Assembly: GCA_043754535.1 (NCBI GenBank)
Contig: JAYUUN010000037.1
Location: 1 to 49,448, forward strand
Reading direction: 5' to 3'
Origin: Chloroflexota bacterium
GTDB taxonomy: Bacteria > Chloroflexota > Chloroflexia > QHBQ01
DNA: 49,448 nucleotides
The notes under the pieces were generated by a model. That model ran no database searches, had not been told where the DNA came from, and saw only the letters and a program-made list of their open reading frames with translations. Both the position numbers and the translations under genes were made by a program. How positions within the stretch are numbered: position 1 is the first letter of the stretch; each line of letters opens with the position of its first letter. This document shows positions 8,602-18,183 of this stretch, in pieces.

Positions 8602-11600
8602 ATGCTCAACTTCCTCAAGCAAGCCCTACGTTCGCGCCGCAAGCCACAAGCAGGCAACCCCAGGCGATCTACCGCCGCCCGTTTCAATCCAACCAGACCC
8701 CTCCTGCTATCTATCGAACGGCTGGCAGCCGATGCTCAGCAGCTTGCCCACAGCCACCAGGTTGGCATCCCCCAACACCGTCGCTCATCCCTGCTGCTCC
8801 GCCTGGAACGCAGCAGCAACTACCTGGCGACTGTCTACAAACGACTGATTGACGAGCAGCCACAAACCCAGCTAACTGTGCCAGCGGCAGAGTGGCTCCT
8901 GGATAACTACTACATCGTTCAGGAGCAAATAGCCGAGGTTCGGGTTGACCTGCCTGCCCGCTACTACAACCAGTTGCCGAAGCTGGTAGACGGCCCCACG
9001 GCTGGCTACCCGCGCATCTACGCCCTGGCCCGCGCCTTGATTGTTGCCAGCGACGGCCAGCTAAATCTAGAGCGGGTCGTTACCTTCACGCGGGCGTACC
9101 AGGCTGCGGGCGCGCCGCTGACGATGGGCGAACTCTGGTCGGTGGCAATCATGCTGCGCCTCTGCCTGGTCGAACGCCTGGGCAGGCTGGCTGCGCAGAT
9201 GCTAGCTGTCCACGACGAGTGGTTGGCCGCCGACGAGCAGGCCCGCCAGTTGTTGGAGGCCGCCGAGCAACGCCTGGGTGAGCCGGTCGCTGTCCCCGCT
9301 GGCTTGCGCGAACGCAAGGGGCCGCTCAGCCCCATCTTCGCTACCCGCCTGCACCGGCTGCGCGAACAGGGCGAAACCTTCATGCCCGTGCTGGATTGGC
9401 TAAGCGAACGCCTGTACGAACAGGGAACCAGCCTGACCGAGATGGTGCAGCTGGAGATACGGCTGCTGGGTGGCATCCAAGAGTCGGTCGGCAACGTGAT
9501 TACCAGCATGAAGACCATCTCCGCGCTGGACTGGGCCAGCTTTGTCGAAGACCTCAGCGTGGTTGAGGCAACCCTGCGTGGTGACCCAGCCAGGGTGTAC
9601 GCCGAGATGGACTTCACCACCCGCGACCGCTACCGCCACGAAATCGAGCGGCTAGCCCGCCAAAGTCAGGTCAGCGAACTAGAAGTAGCCACCCTCGCCG
9701 TCGAGTTTGCAGCCAAAGCACAGGCGGCGGGTAAAGGGCTGGCGTTTGCCGCCAGCCCTGGAGAGCCACCACTGGCCGCTCTGGAGAGCTACAGCCCGCC
9801 TGAGTCACTGCCCCCATTTGTTGTTGACGACCGCCAATCACTCAAGGCCCATGTTGGTTACTACATCATAGATGACGGGCGGATGCAACTTGAGCAGCGC
9901 ATTGGCTACCGCCCTACGCCACTAGATCGGGTGGCGCGGGTGGTCGAACACTACCCCACCCGCCTCTACCTCGGCACCCTGGCGGCGGTTAGCGGCGCAT
10001 TGGTCGGCGGCGCATTGGCCTACGCCCGACGGCAAGGAGCAACCCGGCTCGGCACACTCGGCGTAGCAGCAGTGGCCGCCTTGCCCGCCAGCAGCCTGGC
10101 AACCAGCCTGGTCAACTACCTGATTACCACCATCCTACCGCCCCGCCCTCTGCCCAGGCTAGACTTTGAGCGCGGCATCCCAGCAGAGCTACGCACCTTC
10201 GTGGTCATCCCCGTGCTGATTAGCAGCGAAGCGGGCGTGCGCGAGTTGCTCAGCCACATCGAAGTGCTGGCCCTGGCAAACCCCGACCCCAGCCTCCACT
10301 TCGCCATCCTCAGCGACTTCGCCGACGCGGATCAGCAGTACCTGCCCAGCGACTCCCCCATTCTGGATCGCCTGGTCAGTGGCACCAACGACCTCAATGC
10401 CCGCTATCCCGGCCAGAACCGCTTCTATCTATTCCACCGCGACCGGGCCTGGAACCAGGCTCAGGGCAAGTGGATGGGCTGGGAGCGCAAGCGTGGCAAG
10501 CTGATGGACCTTAACCGCCGTTTGCTAGGCGACCCCTACGACAGCTTTACAGTCAAGATTGGTGACATGGCAGTGCTACCCCACGTGCGCTACGTCATCA
10601 CCCTGGATGCGGATACCGAACTGCCACCCGCAGCACCGCACCGACTGGTCGGTACCATCGCACACCCGCTCAACCAACCACTGCTCAACCACGAGCGCGG
10701 GCTGGTCGAGCGCGGCTACGGCGTATTGCAGCCGAGGGTAACCACCACGCTGCTCAGTGGCAATTCCACGCCATTCGCCCGCCTCACCTCTGGGCATACC
10801 GGCGTTGACCCCTACACCACTGCCGTCTCCGATGTCTACCAGGACTTGTTCAAAGAAGGCATCTTCATGGGCAAGGGTATCTACGATGTGCGCGCCTTCG
10901 AGGGTGCGTTGCGCGACCGCTTTGCTCAAAACAAGCTGCTCAGTCACGACCTTATCGAGGGGCTATACTCGCGGGCTGGGCTAGCCACCGACGTTACCCT
11001 CTACGACGACCAGCCCGGTAGCTACCTGGTTGCCGCCCGCCGCTCCCACCGTTGGGTGCGCGGTGACTGGCAGATTGCGCCCTGGTTGTTCAACCGCGTG
11101 CCTGCCCCACAAGGCCAGACCGCCGCTAACGTAATCACCCCAATTGGTCGCTGGAAGATTTTCGACAATCTGCGCCGCAGCCTGGAGTCGCCGGGGCTGC
11201 TGGCGATGCTGCTGGCAGGCTGGACGGTGCTACCCGGCAGCCCTGCACTGTGGACAGGGCTGGCGGCCTTCGTGCGAGCCTTCCCGACCGTCGCCAACCT
11301 GGTCGCCACCATCCCCCGCAAGCCGCCAGCCACCGCCTGGCCCTGGCACCTCAACTATGTGCTGCACGAGACTGGCCTCAACCTCTTGCACCTCGGTATC
11401 AACACGACGATGCTGGTAGATCAGGCGGGGCTAATGCTGGATGCGGTGGGGCGCACGCTTTGGCGAGTAGCGGTCAGCCATCGCAACTTGCTGGAATGGC
11501 AGACCGCCGCCGACAGCCAGCGCAAGTTGAAGAACGACCTGCCCGCCTACCTCAAGTGGTTGTGGCAGTCACCGCTGGTTGCCACTAGCGTGGGGGGCTT

Positions 11601-14600
11601 GCTGCTACGCTTCCGCCCACGCGCCCTGCCAGTGGCGGCTCCGTTCCTGGCGGCCTGGGCTGCTGCCCCACTGGTCGCCTGGCGGGTTAGCCAACCGACC
11701 CCTCCACTCCGCACCGACCTTAGCACCGAGCAGAGCCACTACCTGCGCGGGGTGGCCCGCCAAACCTGGCGGTACTTCGACACCCTGGTTGGCCCTGCCG
11801 ACAACTGGCTCGCTCCTGACAACTACCAGGAGGACAAGAACCTCATCGCCCACCGCACCTCGCCAACCAACATGAGCCTGGCCCTGCTCTCTACCCTGGC
11901 CGCCCGCGACTTCGGCTTTATCACCACCACCAGCCTGGTTGAGCGGCTAGGTCATAGCCTGGCTAGTATGGAGCGGCTAGAACGGCATCGCGGCCACTTC
12001 TACAACTGGTATGACACCCAAACCATGCAGCCCTTGCTGCCCACCTACATCTCGACGGTGGACAGTGGCAACCTGGCGGGCCACCTGGTTGCGCTCAAGC
12101 AGGGTTGCTTGCTGTCGATCGACGAGCCACTGGTGGCACCCGGCACCGTTGAAGGCTTGCAAGATGTTACCCGCCTGCTGGCCGCAGCCCTGACCGCCTA
12201 CCAGCAGCACACTGGCCGCCTGACCGCCACCACCGATGCGCTTTACGAGCAGCTAGCCCAGCTTGACCGCTTGCTTGAGCGCGAAACCAGCGACCATGCG
12301 CAGTGGTCTGTCCTGCTGGACGAGGTGGCAGCCCTGGCTGGCGGCATGGTGGCGACTGTGGGCAGGATTGGGGCTGGAGCAGACGGTGACGAGCTACGCT
12401 ACTGGGCTACCCAGTTGGGGGCGACGGCGCAGAGTGCCGCTGACCAGACCCACACCCTCCTACCCTGGGCAGGCCTGCTGGCAACCCTACCCCCCGCTCC
12501 GGATAGCGACCACTACCCCGAAATCGCTAGGCTGTGGCAGGCGGTCGCTCTGCCAGAGTATGGGCTGTCGCTCAGTCGTGGCCTGGCCTGGTACGTGGAC
12601 ACTCTCCCCCGCCTGCGCCAGTTGCGAACGGCTATCGTGCGTGGCGGCTTGCCAGCAGCAGAGGCAGCGGCCCGGCTGCCCTGGCTTGAGCAGTTCAACG
12701 CGGCAGTCGCGGCGGCCTGGTCAGCCAGCGAGAGCCTGATTTATCAGCTACGTGAAATAGCCCGTCGCTGTCAGGCGATGATCGAGATGATGCGCTTCGA
12801 CTTCCTCTACGACGAGGGACGCGACCTGTTCGCTATCGGCTACAACGTGGCCGAGCAACGACGTGATGGTTCGTACTATGATTTGCTGGCTAGTGAGGCG
12901 CGGCTGGCTAGCTTCCTGGCTATCGCTCGTGGCGAGGTGCCAATCGCGCACTGGTTCAAGCTAGGCCGCGCCCGCACCCACGCCGCTGGCAGCCACGCCC
13001 TCCTATCCTGGACTGGCACCATGTTCGAGTACCTGATGCCCAACCTGGTGCTACGCAGCTACCCCAACACCCTGATCGAGCAATCGAGCCGCGCCGCTGT
13101 CGGTCGGCAGCAACAGTATGGGCGCGAACGCAACGTACCCTGGGGTATCAGCGAGTCGGCTTACAACCTACGCGACCAGGCTGGGGTCTATCAATATCGC
13201 GCTTTCGGGGTGCCAGGCCTCGGCCTCAAGCGCGGGCTGGCTAACGATTTGGTCGTTGCCCCCTACGCCACAATGCTAGCCTTGCTGGTCAATCCCCCGG
13301 CTGCGGTCGCCAACCTGCGCCGCTTGCAGCTAGCCCTCGGTCGCTATGGCTTCTACGACGCAGTCGATTACACCCCTGGCCGCCTGCCAGAGAACACCGA
13401 CCACGCAATCGTCCTCAACTACATGGTTCACCACCAGGGGATGTCGCTGCTAGCCCTGGATGGCGTGCTGCACGGCGCACCGATGATCGCTCGCTTCCAC
13501 AACGAACCAGCAGTGCAGGCGGTCGAACTGCTGCTGCAAGAGCGTATCCCCCTGCAAGCCCCTATCGTACAACCGCACATCCCCGAAGTCGAAGGCACCC
13601 GCCCTGCTCGGCGGCTACCTGGGGCTGCTACCCCCAACGCGAACGTGCGCCACTTCGAGACGGCTGCCACGCCCCAGCCGGAGGCACAGTTGCTCTCCAA
13701 TGGGGAGTACCACCTGATGCTGACTAACAGCGGTAGCGGCTACGCCCTTTGGAAAGACCTGGCGGTGACGCGCTGGCGCAAGGATGCAACCCTAGACCAC
13801 TACGGCCAGTTCATCTACCTGCGTGATACCCGTAGCGGCCAGTACTGGTCGGCGGGCTGGCAGCCAACGGCTACAGAGCCAGAAGGGTACGGCGCAACCT
13901 TCGGGCTTGAGCAAGTTAGCTACTGGCGACGCGATAGCGGGATCGAGACGCTCACCAGAGTAGTGGTCAGCCCCGACGAAGCCGCCGAACTAAGAGTGGT
14001 TACCCTCAGCAACTATGGCAACCGACCGCGCGAGATTGAGGTCACCAGTTATGCCGAAGTCGTCCTCAGCAAGCCAGAGGCAGACGCAGCCCACCCAGCC
14101 TTCAGCAAGCTGTTTATCGAAACGGAGTTTCTGGAAGGGCCGGGCGCATTGTTGGCCTCGCGCCGCCCTCGTTCGCACAAAGACCCGCGTTACTGGCTAA
14201 CCCACGTGGTTGCCACCCAGGGCGATGTGCGCGGTGAGTTGGAGTACGAAACCGACCGCGCCCGCTTCATTGGTCGCGGCCAGTCCTCTACCCTGCCAGT
14301 TGCGCTGGAAGGCCGTACTCCCCTCAGCAAGACCGTGGGGGCCGTGCTTGATCCCATTGTTAGCTTGCGCCGTCGGGTGCGCCTTGCCCCTGGGCAGCAG
14401 GCCATCCTCTACTTCACCACCGCAGTTGGCCTGGAGCGCGCCGAGGTCGTGGCCCTGGCTAACCGCTACGCCAACCCCGCTGCCGGTGAGCGCGCCCTTC
14501 AGCTTGCTGCCCAGCACAGCGAACTGCGCCGCCGCCGCCACGACCTCAGCATAAGTGAGGCTATGCTCTACCAACAATTGGCTTCGCGCATTCTGTTTAC

Positions 14601-17550
14601 TACCCCCGCTCTGCGCCCAGCCAGCAAGGTGCTAGCCACCAACACAAAGGGGCAACCGGGCTTGTGGGCCTACGGCATCTCTGGCGACGCGCCGATAGTA
14701 CTGCTGCTGGTGCAGGATATCCGCGAAGCTGGGCTGCTGCAAGAACTGCTGCGCGCCCACGAGTATATCACCGCGCACGGGCTTGTTCACGACCTGGTAG
14801 TGGTCAACGAATACGATCTTGGTTATCAGCAGCCGCTCAACGATCTGCTCTGGCAGCAGATCATGTCCAGCCCAGAGGCAGAGATGCTGGGCCAGCGTGG
14901 GGGTGTCCACCTCTTGAGGGCTGACAATATGCCCGCCGCAGACCTGATCCTGTTCCGCACTGTCGCCCAGATGGTGCTAACTGGTGGCCTCGGTTCGCTG
15001 GCCGAGCAGCTTGACAACGTACTACCCACGGCCAAACCGCTGCCTGCCTTCCAGCCAAGCGACCCACTCGCAGCGGAGATGAGCAGTCGCCCCCGCCGCG
15101 AAGACACCAACCCGCTGCCGACGATCAGCAGCGAAGATAGCAAGCGGCCTGCTGAAGCTCCAGCCAAAATCTATGACAATGGCATTGGTGGCTTCAGCGC
15201 AGATGGCCGCGAGTACGTCATCAACCTGGAACCGGGCCTGGATACCCCTACCCCCTGGAGCAACGTGCTGGCTAATGCCGACTTCGGCTGCCTGACAACC
15301 GAGAGCGGGGCGGGGACAACCTGGGCGCAGAATAGCCGCGAGAACCGCCTCACCCCCTGGCGCAACGATCCGGTTAGCGACCCACCCTCCGAGGCGATCT
15401 ACCTGCGCGACGATGCGAGTGGCGCGCTCTGGTCTGCCACCCCCCTGCCAATCCGCCAGCCACTGGCCTACACGGTGCGGCACGGCTGGGGCTACAGCAG
15501 CTATCAGCATACCAGCCACGAGATCGAGCAGGAGCTAACCCTGTTTGTGCCACCCGATGCCCCACTCAAAATCTGGCGGCTGCAACTGAAGAACCTCGGC
15601 CCAGCCCGCCACCTGACCGCCACCCACTACCTGGACTGGGTGCTGGGGGTTAGCCGCGAAGGGTCGAGCCGCTATGTGATCAGCGAATGGGATGAGCAGG
15701 GTACGATGCTGGCCCGCAACCCTTACAACAACGAGTTTGCGGGTGCAGTCGCGTTCGTCACCAGCAGCCAGACCAGCAGCAGCTACACTGCGGATCGGGC
15801 TGAGTTTCTGGGGCGCAATGGCGGGCTGGCCGACCCAGCCGCTCTGCATAGCAGTGGCCTGAGCAACAGAGTGGGGGCCGACCTTGACCCATGCAGCGCG
15901 ATCCAAAGCGGCATTGACCTGCCAGCAGGTGGCGAAGTGACAATCCTCTTTGTTGTGGGCGAGGCTGAGGATCGGGCTGCGGCTCTGGCCCTGGCTGCTC
16001 GCTACCGCCAGCCAGCGGTGGCCGCCCAAGCCTGGCAGCAGACCATAGCCCATTGGCAGGAAATCACCAGTGCGGTGCAGGTAGAAACCCCCGACCCCGC
16101 GATGGACTTGATGCTCAACGGCTGGCTGCTCTACCAGGCGGTTGCCTGCCGCTACTGGGCGCGTTCTGCCTTCTACCAGGGCGGAGGGGCCTATGGCTTC
16201 CGCGACCAGTTGCAGGACGTGATGGCCTTCGTCTACAGCCGCCCCGACCTGGCCCGCGAGCAGCTAGTGCGGGCAATCCAACACCAGTTTAAAGAAGGTG
16301 ATGTCCAGCACTGGTGGCACCCACCAACCGGACGTGGGGTACGGACTCGCTTCAGCGACGACTTGCTCTGGCTACCATTCGTCACCGCCTTCTACATCGA
16401 GGCGACTGGCGACCAGGCAATCCTGGCCGAAGCCGCACCCTACCTGCAAGCAGACGTGTTGCAGCCCGGGCAAGAGGATGCGTACTTGCAGCCAGCGACC
16501 AGCGAGGAGAGCGGCACGCTCTACGATCACTGTGTGCGTGCGCTCAAGCGGGGCGCAACTAGCGGGCGGCACGGTCTGCCCCTAATGGGGGCGGGCGACT
16601 GGAACGACGGCATGAACCACATTGGCATCGAAGGCGAGGGCGAGAGCGTCTGGCTAGCCTGGTTCCTGGTCGTCGTGCTAGAACGCTTTGCGGGCCTGGC
16701 TGTCAACCACGACGACGCTGAGTTGGCGGCCTGGTGTCGGGCAGAACGGGTGCGCTTGACCAGCGCGCTTGAGACGCAAGCCTGGGACGGCGGTTGGTAT
16801 CGCCGCGCTTACTTTGACGACGGCACGCCACTCGGCTCGGCCCAGAACGACGAATGCCAGATCGACGCTATCGCCCAATCCTGGAGCGTGATCGCTGGCA
16901 CTGGCGACCCGGCGCGGGCGCGGCAGGCGATGGCCGCTGTAGACCGCCGCCTGGTGTGGGATGATGAGCAACTGCTCCTGCTGCTCACCCCAGCCTTCGA
17001 CAAGGGTGCGCTCGACCCTGGCTACATCAAGGGCTACCTGCCCGGTGTGCGCGAGAACGGCGGTCAATACACCCATGCTGCCACCTGGACGATCCTGGCC
17101 TTCGCTTTGCTCGGTAATGGCAAACGCGCGCACGAGTTGTGGAGCATGGTCAACCCGATCAGCCACAGCCACGATGCCGCCGCTGCTGACCACTACAAGG
17201 TAGAACCTTACGTCGTCGCTGCTGATGTCTACAGCCACCCGCAACATCTGGGGCGGGGCGGCTGGACGTGGTACACTGGCAGTGGCTCGTGGCTCTACCG
17301 CGTGGGGCTAGAAGCGATCCTCGGTTTCACCCTGCACGGTGACCACTTCACGGTCAAGCCGACGATCCCCCCAGACTGGCCCGGCTACCAACTGCACTAC
17401 CGCTACCACAGTACAACCTACCATGTAGCAGTGCAGAGGAATGCGGGCGGCCCAGCCGTCAGCCTCGACGGTGTGACAATCAGCGATGGTCGCATCCCCC
17501 TGCACGACGATGGCCGGGAGCATCAGGTGTCTGTTACCCTGGCAGCATGA
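8602..17550 (+). CDS. ndvB: cyclic beta-1,2-glucan synthase (Cgs/NdvB/ChvB family; GT84 + cyclising GH189-type domain + GH94 phosphorylase)
   Basis: WMGWERKRGKL, LDADT, SHDLIEG, RSHRWVRGDWQ, PDNYQE...RTSPTN, STVDSGNLAG, YYDLLASEARL, SWTGTMFEYLMP, PWGISESAY, GGAYGFRDQLQD, GDWNDGMN, PGVRENGGQYTHAA, GRGGWTWYTGS; start codon uncertain (ORF open from 8488). Confidence 0.95.
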   Translation: MLNFLKQALRSRRKPQAGNPRRSTAARFNPTRPLLLSIERLAADAQQLAHSHQVGIPQHRRSSLLLRLERSSNYLATVYKRLIDEQPQTQLTVPAAEWLLDNYYIVQEQIAEVRVDLPARYYNQLPKLVDGPTAGYPRIYALARALIVASDGQLNLERVVTFTRAYQAAGAPLTMGELWSVAIMLRLCLVERLGRLAAQMLAVHDEWLAADEQARQLLEAAEQRLGEPVAVPAGLRERKGPLSPIFATRLHRLREQGETFMPVLDWLSERLYEQGTSLTEMVQLEIRLLGGIQESVGNVITSMKTISALDWASFVEDLSVVEATLRGDPARVYAEMDFTTRDRYRHEIERLARQSQVSELEVATLAVEFAAKAQAAGKGLAFAASPGEPPLAALESYSPPESLPPFVVDDRQSLKAHVGYYIIDDGRMQLEQRIGYRPTPLDRVARVVEHYPTRLYLGTLAAVSGALVGGALAYARRQGATRLGTLGVAAVAALPASSLATSLVNYLITTILPPRPLPRLDFERGIPAELRTFVVIPVLISSEAGVRELLSHIEVLALANPDPSLHFAILSDFADADQQYLPSDSPILDRLVSGTNDLNARYPGQNRFYLFHRDRAWNQAQGKWMGWERKRGKLMDLNRRLLGDPYDSFTVKIGDMAVLPHVRYVITLDADTELPPAAPHRLVGTIAHPLNQPLLNHERGLVERGYGVLQPRVTTTLLSGNSTPFARLTSGHTGVDPYTTAVSDVYQDLFKEGIFMGKGIYDVRAFEGALRDRFAQNKLLSHDLIEGLYSRAGLATDVTLYDDQPGSYLVAARRSHRWVRGDWQIAPWLFNRVPAPQGQTAANVITPIGRWKIFDNLRRSLESPGLLAMLLAGWTVLPGSPALWTGLAAFVRAFPTVANLVATIPRKPPATAWPWHLNYVLHETGLNLLHLGINTTMLVDQAGLMLDAVGRTLWRVAVSHRNLLEWQTAADSQRKLKNDLPAYLKWLWQSPLVATSVGGLLLRFRPRALPVAAPFLAAWAAAPLVAWRVSQPTPPLRTDLSTEQSHYLRGVARQTWRYFDTLVGPADNWLAPDNYQEDKNLIAHRTSPTNMSLALLSTLAARDFGFITTTSLVERLGHSLASMERLERHRGHFYNWYDTQTMQPLLPTYISTVDSGNLAGHLVALKQGCLLSIDEPLVAPGTVEGLQDVTRLLAAALTAYQQHTGRLTATTDALYEQLAQLDRLLERETSDHAQWSVLLDEVAALAGGMVATVGRIGAGADGDELRYWATQLGATAQSAADQTHTLLPWAGLLATLPPAPDSDHYPEIARLWQAVALPEYGLSLSRGLAWYVDTLPRLRQLRTAIVRGGLPAAEAAARLPWLEQFNAAVAAAWSASESLIYQLREIARRCQAMIEMMRFDFLYDEGRDLFAIGYNVAEQRRDGSYYDLLASEARLASFLAIARGEVPIAHWFKLGRARTHAAGSHALLSWTGTMFEYLMPNLVLRSYPNTLIEQSSRAAVGRQQQYGRERNVPWGISESAYNLRDQAGVYQYRAFGVPGLGLKRGLANDLVVAPYATMLALLVNPPAAVANLRRLQLALGRYGFYDAVDYTPGRLPENTDHAIVLNYMVHHQGMSLLALDGVLHGAPMIARFHNEPAVQAVELLLQERIPLQAPIVQPHIPEVEGTRPARRLPGAATPNANVRHFETAATPQPEAQLLSNGEYHLMLTNSGSGYALWKDLAVTRWRKDATLDHYGQFIYLRDTRSGQYWSAGWQPTATEPEGYGATFGLEQVSYWRRDSGIETLTRVVVSPDEAAELRVVTLSNYGNRPREIEVTSYAEVVLSKPEADAAHPAFSKLFIETEFLEGPGALLASRRPRSHKDPRYWLTHVVATQGDVRGELEYETDRARFIGRGQSSTLPVALEGRTPLSKTVGAVLDPIVSLRRRVRLAPGQQAILYFTTAVGLERAEVVALANRYANPAAGERALQLAAQHSELRRRRHDLSISEAMLYQQLASRILFTTPALRPASKVLATNTKGQPGLWAYGISGDAPIVLLLVQDIREAGLLQELLRAHEYITAHGLVHDLVVVNEYDLGYQQPLNDLLWQQIMSSPEAEMLGQRGGVHLLRADNMPAADLILFRTVAQMVLTGGLGSLAEQLDNVLPTAKPLPAFQPSDPLAAEMSSRPRREDTNPLPTISSEDSKRPAEAPAKIYDNGIGGFSADGREYVINLEPGLDTPTPWSNVLANADFGCLTTESGAGTTWAQNSRENRLTPWRNDPVSDPPSEAIYLRDDASGALWSATPLPIRQPLAYTVRHGWGYSSYQHTSHEIEQELTLFVPPDAPLKIWRLQLKNLGPARHLTATHYLDWVLGVSREGSSRYVISEWDEQGTMLARNPYNNEFAGAVAFVTSSQTSSSYTADRAEFLGRNGGLADPAALHSSGLSNRVGADLDPCSAIQSGIDLPAGGEVTILFVVGEAEDRAAALALAARYRQPAVAAQAWQQTIAHWQEITSAVQVETPDPAMDLMLNGWLLYQAVACRYWARSAFYQGGGAYGFRDQLQDVMAFVYSRPDLAREQLVRAIQHQFKEGDVQHWWHPPTGRGVRTRFSDDLLWLPFVTAFYIEATGDQAILAEAAPYLQADVLQPGQEDAYLQPATSEESGTLYDHCVRALKRGATSGRHGLPLMGAGDWNDGMNHIGIEGEGESVWLAWFLVVVLERFAGLAVNHDDAELAAWCRAERVRLTSALETQAWDGGWYRRAYFDDGTPLGSAQNDECQIDAIAQSWSVIAGTGDPARARQAMAAVDRRLVWDDEQLLLLLTPAFDKGALDPGYIKGYLPGVRENGGQYTHAATWTILAFALLGNGKRAHELWSMVNPISHSHDAAAADHYKVEPYVVAADVYSHPQHLGRGGWTWYTGSGSWLYRVGLEAILGFTLHGDHFTVKPTIPPDWPGYQLHYRYHSTTYHVAVQRNAGGPAVSLDGVTISDGRIPLHDDGREHQVSVTLAA

Positions 17551-17682
17551 GGCGGGGATAGTCTACCTGGTAGCATTCTACAACTTGCGTATTATGCGCT
17601 ATGTGAACCGCTCCTATGTTGAAGCCAAGCGCAGCACCCTGGCGGGGGTGTCAGGTAAACTCCGCTAAAACTCGTGTGCTAC

Positions 17683-17716
17683 GGTAAGGTGTTTGGTAAG
17701 GTTGAGGTGCTATAAT
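17683..17716 (+). promoter_or_regulatory. extended -10 promoter with GGTAAGGT direct repeats over the -35 region
   Basis: GGTAAGGT at 17683-17690 and 17695-17702; TGCTATAAT at 17708-17716. Confidence 0.65.
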
Positions 17717-17791
17717 AGTTACAGATGAAGCGGCCCACCATTCGAGGCAGGGTTTGTTGGCTCATCTGAGAGGAAAGGAAAGAGTAGCGTT

Positions 17792-18046
17792 ATGCGCCAA
17801 CAGGAATTGATTTCTACACCGAAGGCGGCTGCCTATCTGACGATCAGCAGCGTCACCCTCCATCGCGCCGTCAAGCGAGGGATCATTAGCCCAGCGATGG
17901 TCACGCCCGGTGGCAACCTGCGCTTCACCCAAGAGGAACTGGATCGCTACATCCGCGAGTCGGTCGCGGGCGTGCGTCGCGGTGCAATCGTGGCCCAGCC
18001 ACTGCCCGCTGACCTGAAAACGCCTGAGGCAGCACAGGCAGACTGA
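17792..18046 (+). CDS. small MerR-like/excisionase-type HTH DNA-binding protein (BldC-like)
   Basis: LISTPKAAAYLTISSVTLHRAVKRGII...TPGGNLRFTQEEL fits the HTH_17/BldC pattern; purine-rich SD upstream. Confidence 0.85.
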   Translation: MRQQELISTPKAAAYLTISSVTLHRAVKRGIISPAMVTPGGNLRFTQEELDRYIRESVAGVRRGAIVAQPLPADLKTPEAAQAD

Positions 18047-18072
18047 GCAACGAGTCCCTACTGCCCTTGATC

Positions 18073-18103
18073 AGACCCCGCCAACAGAGCGGGGTTTCTC
18101 TTT
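18073..18103 (+). terminator. intrinsic terminator after HTH gene
   Basis: AGACCCCGC-caacaga-GCGGGGTTT followed by CTCTTT. Confidence 0.7.
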
Positions 18104-18183
18104 GGCCGCCCGATATGGTACAATGGATGGTGAGACAAAAGAACAACAGGGCGGTACAAAGGGTGCTGCCGAAGGAGAAAACA

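Noticed and set aside
17792..18046. Prophage or ICE excisionase marking an integrated element
   Set aside because: No integrase, att-like repeats or phage genes in the window.
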